Assembly: GCA_013239625.1 (NCBI GenBank)
Contig: MU056000.1
Coordinates: 14,099,787 to 14,163,786, forward strand
Direction of reading: 5' to 3'
Length of the DNA stretch: 64,000 bases
Origin: Lama guanicoe
Taxonomy: Eukaryota
Made by a program: the position numbers and the translations under genes. Under the pieces are notes generated by a model. It searched no databases. It was given only the letters and a program-made list of their open reading frames with translations, and had not been told where the DNA came from. Positions within the stretch are counted from its first letter, which is position 1; each line of letters opens with the position of its first letter. Below, one piece after another: positions 61,809 through 64,000 of this stretch.

Positions 61809-63944
61809 AAATATAAAATTGTATTTGTGTAAATATGCAAATATTTATGTAATTTACATTAGTTAACTGAATCAGCAGAGAAATTTCTTCCCTGTAGAGC
61901 CTTTTTAAGTATCTACCTTATTCCTAAACATGGCAAATTACTGAATCTCACATAGAATTTAAAAAGAAAGGGCCAAACTTATATCAAGGGCCAAAAAGAA
62001 TGACAAAATTTAATAATGACTTAAAAAATATCCCTACTTTATAAGTAGAGGTGGTACACACCCACCCCAGCCCCCTACACAATTATTTAAATTTCACATT
62101 ACAGCAGGTTCAAGGAAAAATGAGCAAGGGGACAACTGCAAAGGAACTTCAGTCTTGCTTATTTATTTAGAGAACAGTAGAGAGACTATTCACTGAAGTT
62201 TTATTGAAGGTATTTTAACCCTTCAGCACATGTTGGTTGTTGTTTTCATTTGGATGAATTCTCTTTTAGGGAGTTGTTAGTGTTGAAATTTAGTCACTCC
62301 TTACTAGTAAAACACATATTAAGCCTCTTTGAATTTTCAATTCACTATTTCATACTGAAAACTTCTATAAGAACGGTCAGAGGTAGGAAAAAAATGTTCT
62401 CTTACTTTACAGCAGGAACTTGCCTCATGAACATCTTGTTTTGTTTTGTTTTGTATAACGAGTATCATTTTGCACTTCTTGTATTTAAAAAAAAGATTTA
62501 AAAAATAGACTGTACTGATTATGGGGTAAGATGTTTTATTTATTTTTTATAAAAGGAGAGATGCAAAGATTATCTAATTTCTAATCATCTTAAACCATAT
62601 TAGTAAAGAATCAGGAATCACTAGAAGGAAATCCACTGATATTTTCAAATTGCATCTTTTTTATTAACCTCTTTTTTTCAAAATGAAAGAGTGACATCCC
62701 AATGCATGCACCTAAAGATATAAATCAATGATGATTTAGTATCTTGATGCAATTATTTAAAAAATAATATTTTATATTAATATAGGCTTTCCTGCCAAAT
62801 TCAAGGCACTTTAATGAGTGAAATAAACATATTTAATCTTTGCTTAGTATTCTAATTATCTATTTAATATAAGAAATAAATACATTAAATAAGTGACACA
62901 TTAAGAAAATGACAAAATATTAGGTGTCTAGGATTAAGTACATGGCTGGCCACATTCAAGACAAATGGGAGGCAAGGGGAATTCAAAATGTATAACTTGA
63001 GTTTTTTAATTATTAAAACACATGTATTTCAATTCCTATCATGGTAACTTATTCCTTAAGTTGACTATGGAAATGTTTTCCATTATTAGAGAAAATAAGA
63101 AACTACATATGCATTGTCAGCTGTAGAAAAATTGGAATAGTTTTGGGTTGTTGTACAGTTTCCAAATGAATTCCCATTTATCTTCACAAATGTTCATACA
63201 AACAGTTGTGAGGGCTAGAAAGGCAGTAACATTTGACCTCTGAATATTTCTGTCTTCTCTCAGACTTGTCCAATACTAGGCAACACCAAAAAGTAATTTA
63301 TCACTATGCCACACTTGCCTGAAGAATTTCTTAGGGGCTCAAGAAGAATGATGAGGTTAGTCTTTAAGCCCTAAAAGCTCCTGAAGGTGAATTTTTCTCT
63401 TTGATGCACACAGATATTTCTGTCTTTGCTGAAGATTTGCTTCTGGATCTTTGTTCTCATTGTCAACACTGAGGCTTTAGGTAGCCTACTTAATGCCCTC
63501 ATTTTAATGGAAACTTAGGTCAATATGTTCACTTGGCTGTAGATATTTCAGTCTCAGTCTCGACTATGTTCACTGCCAGAGTAGAGGCACGGCAGCTGAA
63601 ATTTTGGAAAAAATACAGCAGAAGTGGCAATGAGAGAGGAGAATGAAGATTATCCTTGAGAAGGAATTTGAGTGGCCATAGGCACTCACAGATTTTTCAC
63701 AGAATCTCATGTAAACTCATATGGCCCCCAATAAAAGTCTGCTTGCAGGGAGCTAAGGAAACTTCTCGAAAAAGAAACTACAAATGCTGAAGTTGACCTT
63801 ATTAAATAAGGCCATAATTTTTATAAAGGAGTAGCTTATCTAAGGAAAACACTAGATATACTTGAACTTGTCTCTGCTGTAAAACCCTGAGTCCCAAGGA
63901 GCCCAAGATGTTTAAGTGACAGAGTTCTACACCGCCAGCAGTTC

Positions 63945-64000
63945 CAGATGATCCAGGAGTTACATTCCTGGGCATCGACCCCAGAGGAATGAAAACCTAT
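63945..64000 (+). mobile_element. L1 ORF2 C-terminal fragment running off the window
   Basis: GATCCAGGAGTTACATTCCTGGGCATCGACCCCAGAGGAATGAAAACCTAT resembles the DPAIPLLGIYP.E.K segment. Confidence 0.55.

Noticed and set aside
15300..64000. CDH18 promoter or upstream non-coding exons
   Set aside because: No CpG island or convincing exon found; they probably lie beyond the window, though a weak non-coding exon cannot be excluded by eye.

Overview
AT-rich, repeat-dense mammalian genomic DNA, most likely a camelid (inferred from a camelid-type tRNA-derived SINE at ~9.4-9.6 kb and artiodactyl-type L1 3' ends). The only protein-coding sequence I can support is one minus-strand exon of a type II classical cadherin, recognised as the first coding exon of CDH18. 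The exon spans 15267->14784, with 256 nt of 5'UTR and 76 codons covering the signal peptide, the propeptide with its RPKR furin site, and the start of EC1 (GWVW). The rest is most simply CDH18 intron, filled with L1, L2, MIR, MaLR/ERV1 LTRs, hAT DNA transposons, microsatellites and a 59-N gap. All other ORFs in the track look spurious or repeat-derived. I see no convincing wholly new biological system. The best leads are: (i) seven upstream AUGs in the CDH18 5'UTR, including back-to-back start-stop elements and a uORF whose stop overlaps the main AUG; (ii) an L1 that keeps both termini but has its 5'UTR joined directly to the RT domain (possible spliced retrocopy) and may carry a 3' transduction; (iii) a two-LTR MaLR provirus; (iv) several nested insertions. 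Repeat family names come from my recall of consensus sequences, not from a search, and repeat boundaries are approximate.
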